DNA of 64,000 nucleotides from Candidatus Buchananbacteria bacterium (GTDB taxonomy: Bacteria; Patescibacteriota; Patescibacteriia; 2-01-FULL-39-33): assembly GCA_030650095.1 (NCBI GenBank), contig JAUSEE010000007.1:16812-80811 (forward strand), in the 5' to 3' direction. Below the pieces are notes generated by a model. That model saw nothing but the letters and a program-made list of their open reading frames with translations, was not told where the DNA came from and ran no database searches. Made by a program: the position numbers and the translations under genes. Numbering within the stretch: the first letter of the stretch is position 1; each line of letters opens with the position of its first letter. This document shows positions 48,136 to 56,260 of the stretch, piece by piece.

Positions 48136-48876
48136 TTAACGGCCCGATGAAGATGATTTTTTCCAATCATCAAAGTATATTTGAGTCCTGATAGACTCCG
48201 CTCCGGCCACCGCCTGGTATTTATCTTTAAGAGTGCCGGCTAATTTGTTTATTTTTTCGGTAATAATCTCATCCGATATCTTGTACCTGAGGGTGCGGCT
48301 GTCTAAAGCCAAAGCCACATTAGCCGTATTCCGGCCCAACGCTTTAAAAGAATCAGCTAAAATAAGCGTAGAGTTCCAAGAGCTGCCAACTGCATAAGAA
48401 AAATACTGGTGGCTGTAACTGTAAACTTTACCAGTATAATTCAAAAAATATTCTCCAGCTACATATTCCTTGGCCGTTAGGCCTTTGGCTGATAAAGCTG
48501 CCTCATGTCCGTTAGGAGAAAATGCCAGCCAATTTAAAGAAAAAGAAAATAAAGAAAAAATAAATAAGATTAAAAACATCTGAGGCAGGAGCTTTAAATG
48601 CCAGCGGCTTTCCGGCAGAAAGCCAACCCAGCCGTTTTTACCATGCATTTCCTTATCGGCTATGGCCAGTTGTATAGCCGACTTAACTGATTTTTGGTAA
48701 TCCTTAAACCAATCGTTAGTCGTCAGCCAATCATCGCCCACCTTAAAAGATTTTAATTTGCCGCGGCTGGCTTCATTGAGCAGGAATTCCAAACTATATC
48801 TTTGTGATTTTGACAATTCAAAAAGAGTGATGTATTCGGCTTCGTCATTAAAAATTTTAGCGGTATCCATAGGCAT
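48136..48876 (-). CDS. Membrane protein with N-terminal HTH_17/MerR-like module
   Basis: EYITLFELSK..YSLEFL...SRGKLKSFKVGDDWLTT..W..Y followed by a TM helix. Confidence 0.6.
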   Translation of the reverse strand: MPMDTAKIFNDEAEYITLFELSKSQRYSLEFLLNEASRGKLKSFKVGDDWLTTNDWFKDYQKSVKSAIQLAIADKEMHGKNGWVGFLPESRWHLKLLPQMFLILFIFSLFSFSLNWLAFSPNGHEAALSAKGLTAKEYVAGEYFLNYTGKVYSYSHQYFSYAVGSSWNSTLILADSFKALGRNTANVALALDSRTLRYKISDEIITEKINKLAGTLKDKYQAVAGAESIRTQIYFDDWKKSSSSGR

Positions 48877-48966
48877 GTATAAATAAACAAATATGAATTT
48901 ATAACATTTCCATTATAACATAAAAGGACGTGGTTTTCCACGCCCTTTTTTATCAGAAAATATCTT

Positions 48967-49521
48967 CTATTTTTTCTTGTTTTGTTCGTCGATATAAGCT
49001 GTTATGGCAGTAACTACCTTGGAATCATCCTTTAATTTTTCGGTTAGCATTATTTGATCCCTATTTATAACCATGCGATCAGCCGGACCATGCAATTCAT
49101 TACCCAATTTAGCCAAGGTTAGTTCTTGCTGGCTCTTGCTTTGATCGGTTGTAGGCGTTTCCTGGCTCTGCTGCAAAGGTTTGGTAACAACTTGCAAGTA
49201 ATAAATGTCGGTTAAGATCAAATCCCGACTGGTTATGTTTTCAACTTTGCCAAAATAAACCTGCCCGTTGGCCAAAAATATTGCTTGCCAATCATCACTG
49301 CTGGAACTCATGCCCGGCAAATTGACGCCGGTGTATTTGTCCACTAAATACCAACCGCCCACCACTACGATAATAATTACCACGGCAATAATGATGAATT
49401 TACCTATACCACCCCCGCTTTGGCGCGGATAAGCAAAATCTTGCACGCCCTGACCCATTGTATCTTGCTCATCAGGAATTATTTCCGAGACCTGATGACC
49501 GCCTCTTTTCTTGTAAGCCAT
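48967..49521 (-). CDS. Conserved single-pass membrane protein of CPR type
   Basis: WQAIFLANGQVYFGK..LTDIYYLQ..LAKLGNELHGP..INRDQI. Confidence 0.75.
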   Translation of the reverse strand: MAYKKRGGHQVSEIIPDEQDTMGQGVQDFAYPRQSGGGIGKFIIIAVVIIIVVVGGWYLVDKYTGVNLPGMSSSSDDWQAIFLANGQVYFGKVENITSRDLILTDIYYLQVVTKPLQQSQETPTTDQSKSQQELTLAKLGNELHGPADRMVINRDQIMLTEKLKDDSKVVTAITAYIDEQNKKK

Positions 49522-49615
49522 TATTTTTCCCTTTGGTTTTTTGTAAATGGCAGAATAATATTAATCAATAAATTCTACTCCGCGTTCACAAAAAACTTAT
49601 TAGTTAATAAATTTT

Positions 49616-50665
49616 TTATTCTTCTTTTATTTCCAAGACATCATTTAAAGCAATACTCATAGCCGTAGCTACCGGAACAGCTATGACAATTCCTAAAACA
49701 CCGGCTAGCTTAAAGCCAATCATCATGGCAATAATAGTGATGATGGGATTCAAACCGACAGCTTTCTGCATCACTTTTGGAACTATGATATTATTTTCTA
49801 ACTGTTGGATTATAACATAAATAATCAGTACTCCCACCACCAACGCCGGTGATTGCGTCAGAGCGATAAAAATAGCCGGAATAGCTCCGATAAAAGGACC
49901 GATATAAGGAATGAGCTCGGTAACGCCGGCAAATAAAGCCAGGACCAGAGCGTATTTTATGCCTAAAATCGTCAGACCGAACCAGCAAAGCACGAATATT
50001 ATCAAAGACAAAACCAATTGCCCTCTAAACCACATGCCTATCTTTTCTTGTATCCTGTTAACCAAATGCGTAACATAGGGCTGATATTTTACCGGTACGA
50101 GTGATCTTAAAACCCTTTTCATGCCATGCTCTTCAATAGTCAAATAGAAGGTTAAGACGGCCACTATTAAAATAGATATTATGCCGCCCAAGAAAGCAAA
50201 GAAAGTGCTGAATATGCCGCCGGCCGCCGCCTGGATGGCATTAACATTGGATTGCAAATCATTTAAAGATTTCTGGATATTGTCGGTCCAGCCATGGCTA
50301 TCGGAATAGGTGCGCAAGCTTTCTATATTGCCGGAAAGCTTTTCCCAGTAAGCTGGAAAATCATCGGTCAAACCCTTAACCTCGGTAGATATAGGTGGTA
50401 TAATCAAATAAACAGCTCCAACTAAAACCAAGATTATAAACAGATATATTATAAGTATGCCGAAGCCTCGCGGAATCTTATGCTTCTGCATAAAATCAAC
50501 GAAGGGGTCCAGAGCGGAAGCTAGGATTAAAGCCACAAAAATAATCAGGATGACATCTCGAATAAAAAATATGAAAAAAATTATCAAAAACAAAACCGAT
50601 AATTTGAACAATGACAAAATGGAAATATCAAAAGTTATTTTTTTGGGTAATTCGGGATTTGCCAT
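49616..50665 (-). CDS. AI-2E family (UPF0118) transporter
   Basis: ASALDPFV, WFRGQL, IPYIGPFIG, IQQLENNIIVPKVM..VGLNP. Confidence 0.93.
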   Translation of the reverse strand: MANPELPKKITFDISILSLFKLSVLFLIIFFIFFIRDVILIIFVALILASALDPFVDFMQKHKIPRGFGILIIYLFIILVLVGAVYLIIPPISTEVKGLTDDFPAYWEKLSGNIESLRTYSDSHGWTDNIQKSLNDLQSNVNAIQAAAGGIFSTFFAFLGGIISILIVAVLTFYLTIEEHGMKRVLRSLVPVKYQPYVTHLVNRIQEKIGMWFRGQLVLSLIIFVLCWFGLTILGIKYALVLALFAGVTELIPYIGPFIGAIPAIFIALTQSPALVVGVLIIYVIIQQLENNIIVPKVMQKAVGLNPIITIIAMMIGFKLAGVLGIVIAVPVATAMSIALNDVLEIKEE

Positions 50666-50725
50666 TTTTCTATAAATGAGTTAATTTTGTTAATTAAGCA
50701 AGTGTCCACTTGCACCATTAAAAAT

Positions 50726-50763
50726 GTCATTCCGAGCGAAAGCGAAGCTGTAGTCGAGGAATC
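50726..50763 (+). repeat. REP-like GTCAT element, copy 2
   Basis: GTCATTCCGAGCG-aaagcgaagctgta-GTCGAGGAATC. Confidence 0.7.
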
Positions 50764-50870
50764 TTATACATAAATTATACTTTAATATAAAATACAAAGT
50801 CAATAAGATGATAAAAGACACAGTCAGGCCCAGTTAAATAACCCGTATAATCAAGGCATTAGCAAAATCT

Positions 50871-51374
50871 ATGAAACAGAAACCAACTGATATTACCAAA
50901 AAGAAAATTAACCGGCCAAGCAAGACTATCGCTACTAATAAAGAAGGTTTGTTCAATTATGAAATAATCGAAAAATATCAAGCCGGATTGGTCCTAAGCG
51001 GACCAGAAGTAAAAGCAGCCAAGCTGGGACAAATGAGCTTAAAAGGCTCTTATGTGACCATAGACAATAACAGCGAAGTTTGGCTGATAAAATCCTACAT
51101 CACGCCGTACAAGCCGGCCAAAAGCGCCCAGGCCAAATATGATCCGGGCCAGAAAAGAAAGCTGCTTTTGCACAAAGAAGAAATAAGCTCGCTCCTAGGC
51201 AAAAGCAAACAAAAAGGCTTGACAATTATACCAATAAATGTATATACTAAGAGAGGATTAATAAAAGCTGATATTGCCCTGGCCCGAGGTAAGACCAAGA
51301 TTGATAAAAGGGAAACCATCAAGAAACGGGAGGCCAGCCGGGAAATAGCCAGAACATTAAAACAAAGGGTTTAA
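50871..51374 (+). CDS. smpB: SsrA-binding protein
   Basis: IATNK..FNYEI.EKYQAGLVLSGPEVK, RKLLLHK.EI, ARGK..DKRE.IK.RE. Confidence 0.97.
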   Translation: MKQKPTDITKKKINRPSKTIATNKEGLFNYEIIEKYQAGLVLSGPEVKAAKLGQMSLKGSYVTIDNNSEVWLIKSYITPYKPAKSAQAKYDPGQKRKLLLHKEEISSLLGKSKQKGLTIIPINVYTKRGLIKADIALARGKTKIDKRETIKKREASREIARTLKQRV

Positions 51375-51763
51375 GGGGATGTATTGTTTCGATGGGAGGC
51401 CTTAAATTTGAAGTTAGCAGGACGAGATTGGCACTTGCTCGCAAACTAAATGCCAAAGCACATAAGTGCAAACAACTTTTTAAGCAAAGTAAAATCTGCC
51501 TTTGGTGGATTTGCTTTCGCTCCTGCTGTTGCTTAATTGCTTAACAGCCATCGCCCTGCCCACGCCTAGGTAGGCAAGAAGCGGTGTTATAACTCTAGGA
51601 CAGATAGGCCAGTCTATTCGAACAGGCCTATTTAAATTATTTCGAATAAAGCCGAATCTGTTTTGTTCTTTTAATAGGATCCGGCTAAAAAAATAAAAGA
51701 AATAATCTTGTACACTGACTTTTGATTTACTTCCAGACAGGAGCTCATTACTCCTCATCTCCA
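51375..51763 (+). ncRNA. ssrA: tmRNA, tag ANNFLSKVKSAFGGFAFAPAVA (51468-51536)
   Basis: GGGGATG.../...CATCTCCA acceptor with G3:U; starts at the base after the smpB stop; ATAAGT-GCA resume context; Ala-rich tag end. Confidence 0.92.
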
Positions 51764-51809
51764 CTAAGTAATTAGCAGGCATTAATAAATAATTTTTATA
51801 ACACAGCCG

Positions 51810-52370
51810 ATGAGAAGATCATTTAGGGGTGGCAAACAGCAAATTCAGACCGCAATCAAAGAACTCAAAATCAATGAGAGAATTTTAGCGCCTGAAGTAA
51901 TGGTTATAGACGAAAACGGACAAAATATAGGTGTCATCTCCAAATTCGAAGCGGTGGAAATAGCCAAGTCAAAAGATTTGGATCTGGTGGAAGTATCGCC
52001 CTTGGTAGACCCGCCTATTTGCAAAATCATGAACTACGGCAGTTATAAGTACCAGAAAGAAAAACAGGAAAGAAAGCACAAGGCCAAACAGAAAGTGTCT
52101 GAACTTAAAACCATAAAAGTATCCAGCCGGATAAGCAATCATGATTTGGATTTGCGAGTAGACCAATCGGTGAAATTTTTAACCGATGGCAACAAAGTTC
52201 GCATAGAACTTCAGCTCAAAGGCAGAGAACACCAGCATGTCGATTTGGCCAAAGAGATAATCAATAAGATAATCACCCGAGTGAAAGAAAAGCTGGCCGG
52301 CAAAGAAATGAAAGTAGAACAGGATATCAAGAAACTGGGCAGCAAATTATCTGCCATCATCACCCTATAA
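51810..52370 (+). CDS. infC: Translation initiation factor IF-3
   Basis: INERI..EV.VIDENG, DLVEVSP..PPICKIMNYG, I.NHD, KGRE. Confidence 0.96.
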   Translation: MRRSFRGGKQQIQTAIKELKINERILAPEVMVIDENGQNIGVISKFEAVEIAKSKDLDLVEVSPLVDPPICKIMNYGSYKYQKEKQERKHKAKQKVSELKTIKVSSRISNHDLDLRVDQSVKFLTDGNKVRIELQLKGREHQHVDLAKEIINKIITRVKEKLAGKEMKVEQDIKKLGSKLSAIITL

Positions 52371-52419
52371 AAATAATATTAAATAATAAACAAGCTGTTG
52401 AAGCGATATAAGAAAAATT

Positions 52420-52617
52420 ATGCCAAAAATGAAAACCAGACAAGCTGTCGCCAAAAGGTTTAAAATAACCAAGAATGGAAAGGTTATCAAAAGAACCGGC
52501 GGACAAGACCATTTCAATGCCAGAGAAACTGGAAGAGTGAAGCGAAACAAAAGAAGAGATACGCAAATCGCTAAAGCCGACCAGAAGAACATCAAAAAAA
52601 TGATGCCTTATAACTAA
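52420..52617 (+). CDS. rpmI: 50S ribosomal protein bL35
   Basis: MPKMKTRQAVAKRFKITKNGK; infC-rpmI-rplT order. Confidence 0.96.
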   Translation: MPKMKTRQAVAKRFKITKNGKVIKRTGGQDHFNARETGRVKRNKRRDTQIAKADQKNIKKMMPYN

Positions 52618-52639
52618 TAATAGTGACTAAACTAAAGAT

Positions 52640-52984
52640 ATGCCAAGAGTAAAAAGAGGTGTAATACATACCAAAAACAGAAGAGGTATTTTAAAAAGAG
52701 CCAAAGGCTTTAAATGGGGACGAAAAAAATTAATCAAAGTTGCCAAAACCGCTATCACTAAAGCCGATGCTTACGCTTTTAGAGACAGGAGAGCCAAGAA
52801 AAGAACCATGAGAGCTTTGTGGCAGATTCAGCTTAATGCCGCTGTTAGGGAACATGGACTTTCTTATAGCAAATTTATTGCCGGTTTGAAAAAAGCCAAA
52901 ATTGATTTGGACAGAAAAGTCTTATCAGAGCTAGCCAGAAAAGAACCAAGTATATTTGCCAAAATTGTTGAAAAAGTAAAATAA
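52640..52984 (+). CDS. rplT: 50S ribosomal protein bL20
   Basis: MPRVKRG, RDRRAKKR..RALW..NAA.R, SYSKFI, LDRKVLSELA. Confidence 0.98.
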   Translation: MPRVKRGVIHTKNRRGILKRAKGFKWGRKKLIKVAKTAITKADAYAFRDRRAKKRTMRALWQIQLNAAVREHGLSYSKFIAGLKKAKIDLDRKVLSELARKEPSIFAKIVEKVK

Positions 52985-52996
52985 TCAGATACAAAT

Positions 52997-53020
52997 AAAA
53001 CCGCCCGGGAGGCGGTTTTT
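52997..53020 (+). terminator. Terminator after rplT
   Basis: AAAACCGCC-cggga-GGCGGTTTTT. Confidence 0.8.
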
Positions 53021-53114
53021 GCGTCTATCTATTGACTTTTGCGCCGTTTAATGATAAAATCATATTTGATACTTAGATTAAGTATTTTTTATTTAAAATA
53101 TTTAAAAACACTTT

Positions 53115-53169
53115 GGAGACGTAGCTTCCGCCTCGGCTTCGCCTTAGGCGAGACGGGCAGCTGGTTAGA
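53115..53169 (+). pseudogene. tRNA-Asp 5' fragment 1 with a 31-nt insertion in the D-arm
   Basis: GGAGACGTAGCT[tccgcctcggcttcgccttaggcgagacggg]CAGCTGGTTAGA. Confidence 0.8.
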
Positions 53170-53213
53170 ATACATTGGCGGAATCAAATAAAGTCACTTA
53201 ATTTCATACATTT

Positions 53214-53288
53214 GGAGACATAGCTTCCGCCTCGGCTTCGCCTTAGGCGAGACGGGCAGCTGGTTAGAGCGCTTCCCTGTCACGGAAG
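53214..53288 (+). pseudogene. tRNA-Asp 5' fragment 2 (through the anticodon arm) with the same 31-nt insertion
   Basis: GGAGACATAGCT[31 nt]CAGCTGGTTAGAGCGCTTCCCTGTCACGGAAG, preceded by the same TTTCATACATTT leader as the intact gene. Confidence 0.8.
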
Positions 53289-53404
53289 AGGGTTGCGTAG
53301 CAACGGGTAGAAGCGAGCTAGGAGCTATGCGACTACAGCGAGCGTCGATGAATGCGAAAAAAATGAGCATTCAGCGCTACCCCGGAACGAGGGTTTCCCT
53401 CGAC
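53289..53404 (+). mobile_element. tRNA-anchored structured element, copy C (core 53305-53382)
   Basis: GGGTAG...GAGCGTCGATGAATGCGA...GAGCATTCAGCGCTACCC, homologous to copies A and B with compensatory changes; flanked by T-arm pieces GAGGGTT, CGAGGGTT and CCCTCGAC. Confidence 0.7.
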
Positions 53405-53429
53405 TGGACAATTTAATTTTCATACATTT

Positions 53430-53503
53430 GGAGACGTAGCTCAGCTGGTTAGAGCGCTTCCCTGTCACGGAAGTGGTCGAGGGTTCAAGTCCCTTCGTCT
53501 CCG
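53430..53503 (+). tRNA. tRNA-Asp(GTC)
   Basis: GGAGACGTAGCTCAGCTGGTTAGAGCGCTTCCCTGTCACGGAAGTGGTCGAGGGTTCAAGTCCCTTCGTCTCCG. Confidence 0.95.
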
Positions 53504-53510
53504 CGAATAA

Positions 53511-53545
53511 TTATAAAAACCACCCTTGCGGTGGTTTTTATAATT
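53511..53545. terminator. Bidirectional terminator after tRNA-Asp
   Basis: TATAAAAACCACC-cttgc-GGTGGTTTTTATA. Confidence 0.8.
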
Positions 53546-54010
53546 TTATTCAGACTTTATATCGACGGCGTTTTGTAAAGTTTTTTCAAACACGGCCGCC
53601 GCAGTAGCGATGACGACGGAAATAAAAGTAGCCAAAATACCTATGGTGATAAAGCCCGCCGGATCGTCATCTTTATTATGAAATATCCTGATGTATAGTG
53701 CTGCCATTACAATTGAGATACTCAGTATGATTGCGCAATATTTTATAATCCTTAAAGCTTTCACCGAGCTTAGTGAGAATACTTTGTTTTGCCCGATGTA
53801 TCTGAGTAATTTAAACGCTTGATACAGCGCAACAAAAAATGGGATAGACGCTATGTACATATACATTATGAACGGATCAGAGTAAATGCTAAACAGGTCT
53901 AAGTTTACGGCTCTCCCCTCAGTCAGAGGAAATTGAATCATGACAAAGAGCACCAAGATGCCGATGAGTACAATGACTGCCTGAAGAAATATTATTGAGC
54001 CTCGTTTCAT
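53546..54010 (-). CDS. DUF2975 family membrane protein, apparently a few residues short at the C-terminus
   Basis: MKRGSIIFLQ, PFFVALYQAFKLL.YI..NKVFS..SV.AL..IKYCA, LQNAVDIKSE. Confidence 0.85.
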   Translation of the reverse strand: MKRGSIIFLQAVIVLIGILVLFVMIQFPLTEGRAVNLDLFSIYSDPFIMYMYIASIPFFVALYQAFKLLRYIGQNKVFSLSSVKALRIIKYCAIILSISIVMAALYIRIFHNKDDDPAGFITIGILATFISVVIATAAAVFEKTLQNAVDIKSE

Positions 54011-54243
54011 AAATTGTGTTTATAAATCGTATTTGAAGTAATCACTAACGTTTTTTTATATTAGTTTTAGTAAACTAATATATATTGTTGGCAATTTATA
54101 TACACTTTACTATTTTTGATTATTTTTGTCCATTCCAGATGTCTTGCCCTTTTTTTAATCGTCCGTAAGTTCTGTATTTTACAAAAATCGCCCAAACAGC
54201 AATTTTTTGATACACTAACAATACCAAATAATCTATTAAACAG

Positions 54244-54789
54244 ATGAAAAAAATTACAAAAAGATCAATCTTGTGGGTTGTCATCGCAGCCTTTATATTC
54301 ATAGTATTTTTGTCGATGCTGTTCACTGATGAAGTGAGCTTAGGTGAGGCGGTTGCTTATGGTATCATACTTTTAGCCGCTGGCGGCTTCTGTGAATTGT
54401 GGCAATGGCTGAAAACGCGCACCAAGGTATACCGCATCGCTTTTGTCGTCGGGCTTGCAGGCGCACTCCTTCTCGGTTGGGCCAATGGCGCTGTCGGCAT
54501 TATTGGCAGCGAAAATAATCCTGCTAACTTGATGTACGGAGCGGTATTTGCTGTCGGACTCATCGGCTCTACTATGGCACGCTTCAAGCCGCGCGGAATG
54601 GCACACACATTGTATGCAGCAGCACTTGTTCAGATATTGATTCCAGCAGTCGCGCTCTTTATCTGGCCAGCCAAGGCCTCTTGGGGCGAGGCGGGAGTAA
54701 TTGGCGTGTTTATAGTAAATTCATTTTTCGCCCTACTGTTTGTCGTATCGGCTTTGCTGTTTAGACACGCGACGCACGAGCGCAACTGA
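54244..54789 (+). CDS. Multi-pass membrane protein, GC-richer than its flanks
   Basis: YR.AF.VGL..LLLGWANGAVGIIGSENNPANLMY..ARFKPRGMA; 5-6 TM segments. Confidence 0.75.
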   Translation: MKKITKRSILWVVIAAFIFIVFLSMLFTDEVSLGEAVAYGIILLAAGGFCELWQWLKTRTKVYRIAFVVGLAGALLLGWANGAVGIIGSENNPANLMYGAVFAVGLIGSTMARFKPRGMAHTLYAAALVQILIPAVALFIWPAKASWGEAGVIGVFIVNSFFALLFVVSALLFRHATHERN

Positions 54790-54826
54790 CTTAGAAGTAA
54801 AACAGAGATAGTTTAAAATTACTAGT

Positions 54827-54865
54827 AAGATCGCCTAAATGGCGATTTTTTTGTTATAATAAAAA
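54827..54865 (+). repeat. ~38-bp hairpin/promoter unit, copy 1 (copy 2 at 58667-58704)
   Basis: AAGATCGCCTAAA(T/C)GGCGATTTTTT...TA(T/A)AATAAAAA. Confidence 0.7.
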
Positions 54866-54891
54866 ATATCAGTTTGATAAAATTTATTATA

Positions 54892-56148
54892 ATGAATATT
54901 TTAATAATCGGTTCAGGCGGGCGTGAGCATGCTCTCGCTTGGAAGCTGAAGCAATCTCCAAAAGTAAAAAAGATATTTATCGCTCCCGGCAACGCAGGCA
55001 CTTCTGCTTGCGGAGAAAATGTTTCTTTAGATACTCTTAATCATCAGACTGTCATTGATTTTTCAAAACAACATGAGATCGGTTTAATTGTCATCGGCCC
55101 TGATGATGTTTTGGCTTCGGGCCTGGTTAATGCTCTTCAAAATTCTGGTATAAAAGTTTTTGGCCCAACTAAAGAGGCGGCAGAAATTGAGTGGTCTAAA
55201 TCTTTTGCTAAAAATTTGATGAAACACCTGAACATTCCGACCGCAGATTCAGTCGAATTTACTGAAATAGAAATTGCCAAAAAGTATGCGAGAGAACATA
55301 TTTATCCCTTAGTGATTAAAGCGGGCGGGCTTGCTTTAGGCAAGGGTGTGATTATAGCGGACTTTTACGATCAAGCAGTTACCGCATTAGAGAATATAAT
55401 GACTAAAAAAGTTTTTGGCGCTGCCGGGGATACAGTTATAATCGAAGAATTTCTGCAGGGTGAGGAAATATCTGTGCACGCTTTTTGTGATGGAAATACT
55501 GCAGTGATGTTTCCGTCCGCCCAAGACCATAAAAGTATTTTTGATGGCGACAAGGGACCGAATACGGGCGGTATGGGCACGGTCGCTCCCGTTCCGACTG
55601 TTTCAGAAAGTATTTTACTTCGGATTGAATGTGAAGTGGTACTGCCTATTCTTCGGGAATTAAAAGACATGGGCCGGCCGTTTAAAGGTATTTTATTTCC
55701 TGGAATCATGCTGACTAAAGATGGACCGAAAGTGCTGGAATTCAATGCCCGTTTCGGTGATCCAGAAACACAATCTTATGTGAGAATTCTAAAAACTGAT
55801 CTTTTGGAAATCTTGTTAGCTTGCGTGGACGGAAAATTGGATGAATTGCAAATTGAATGGGAGAAGAACATGTCGTCTTGCTGCGTGGTTCTGGCATCAA
55901 AAGGATACCCCGGAGATTATCAAAAGGGACTGCCGATAACAGGTATTACAGAGGCAGAAAAAATGGAAGATATTGTTGTTTTTCACGCCGGAACAAAACT
56001 TTCAGACAATAGATTGATCACTAATGGCGGTAGAGTATTGGGCATCAGCGCTACTGGCAATATTCTATCAGAGGCAGTAGAAAAAACTTATAGAGCTGTT
56101 GAAATAGTCGATTTCGCTGGCAAGCAATATCGAAAAGATATCGCCTGA
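54892..56148 (+). CDS. purD: Phosphoribosylamine--glycine ligase
   Basis: MNILIIGSGGREHALAW, APGNAG, GLALGKGV, QDHK..DGDKGPNTGGMG, EFNARFGDPE, TNGGRVL, YRKDI. Confidence 0.96.
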   Translation: MNILIIGSGGREHALAWKLKQSPKVKKIFIAPGNAGTSACGENVSLDTLNHQTVIDFSKQHEIGLIVIGPDDVLASGLVNALQNSGIKVFGPTKEAAEIEWSKSFAKNLMKHLNIPTADSVEFTEIEIAKKYAREHIYPLVIKAGGLALGKGVIIADFYDQAVTALENIMTKKVFGAAGDTVIIEEFLQGEEISVHAFCDGNTAVMFPSAQDHKSIFDGDKGPNTGGMGTVAPVPTVSESILLRIECEVVLPILRELKDMGRPFKGILFPGIMLTKDGPKVLEFNARFGDPETQSYVRILKTDLLEILLACVDGKLDELQIEWEKNMSSCCVVLASKGYPGDYQKGLPITGITEAEKMEDIVVFHAGTKLSDNRLITNGGRVLGISATGNILSEAVEKTYRAVEIVDFAGKQYRKDIA

Positions 56149-56191
56149 CTAGAGAAACGAGAGGAAAATCTCGTCCACTTTCTCTCGCATT

Positions 56192-56229
56192 AAAGAACGA
56201 GCAGTTGCTTTTGCAACTGCTCGTTCTTT
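56192..56229. terminator. 17-bp perfect hairpin between convergent purD and peptidase genes
   Basis: AAAGAACGAGCAGTTGC-tttt-GCAACTGCTCGTTCTTT. Confidence 0.75.
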
Positions 56230-56260
56230 GTTTACAAAGATTTGAACTAGTTCCAACCGG

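Noticed and set aside
51551-51600. Palindromic insertion inside tmRNA (CCTGCCCAC...GTAGGCAAG)
   Set aside because: Fits a native pseudoknot, with loop CCTAG pairing to downstream CTAGG.
51480-51782. 100-aa minus-strand ORF
   Set aside because: Antisense to tmRNA.
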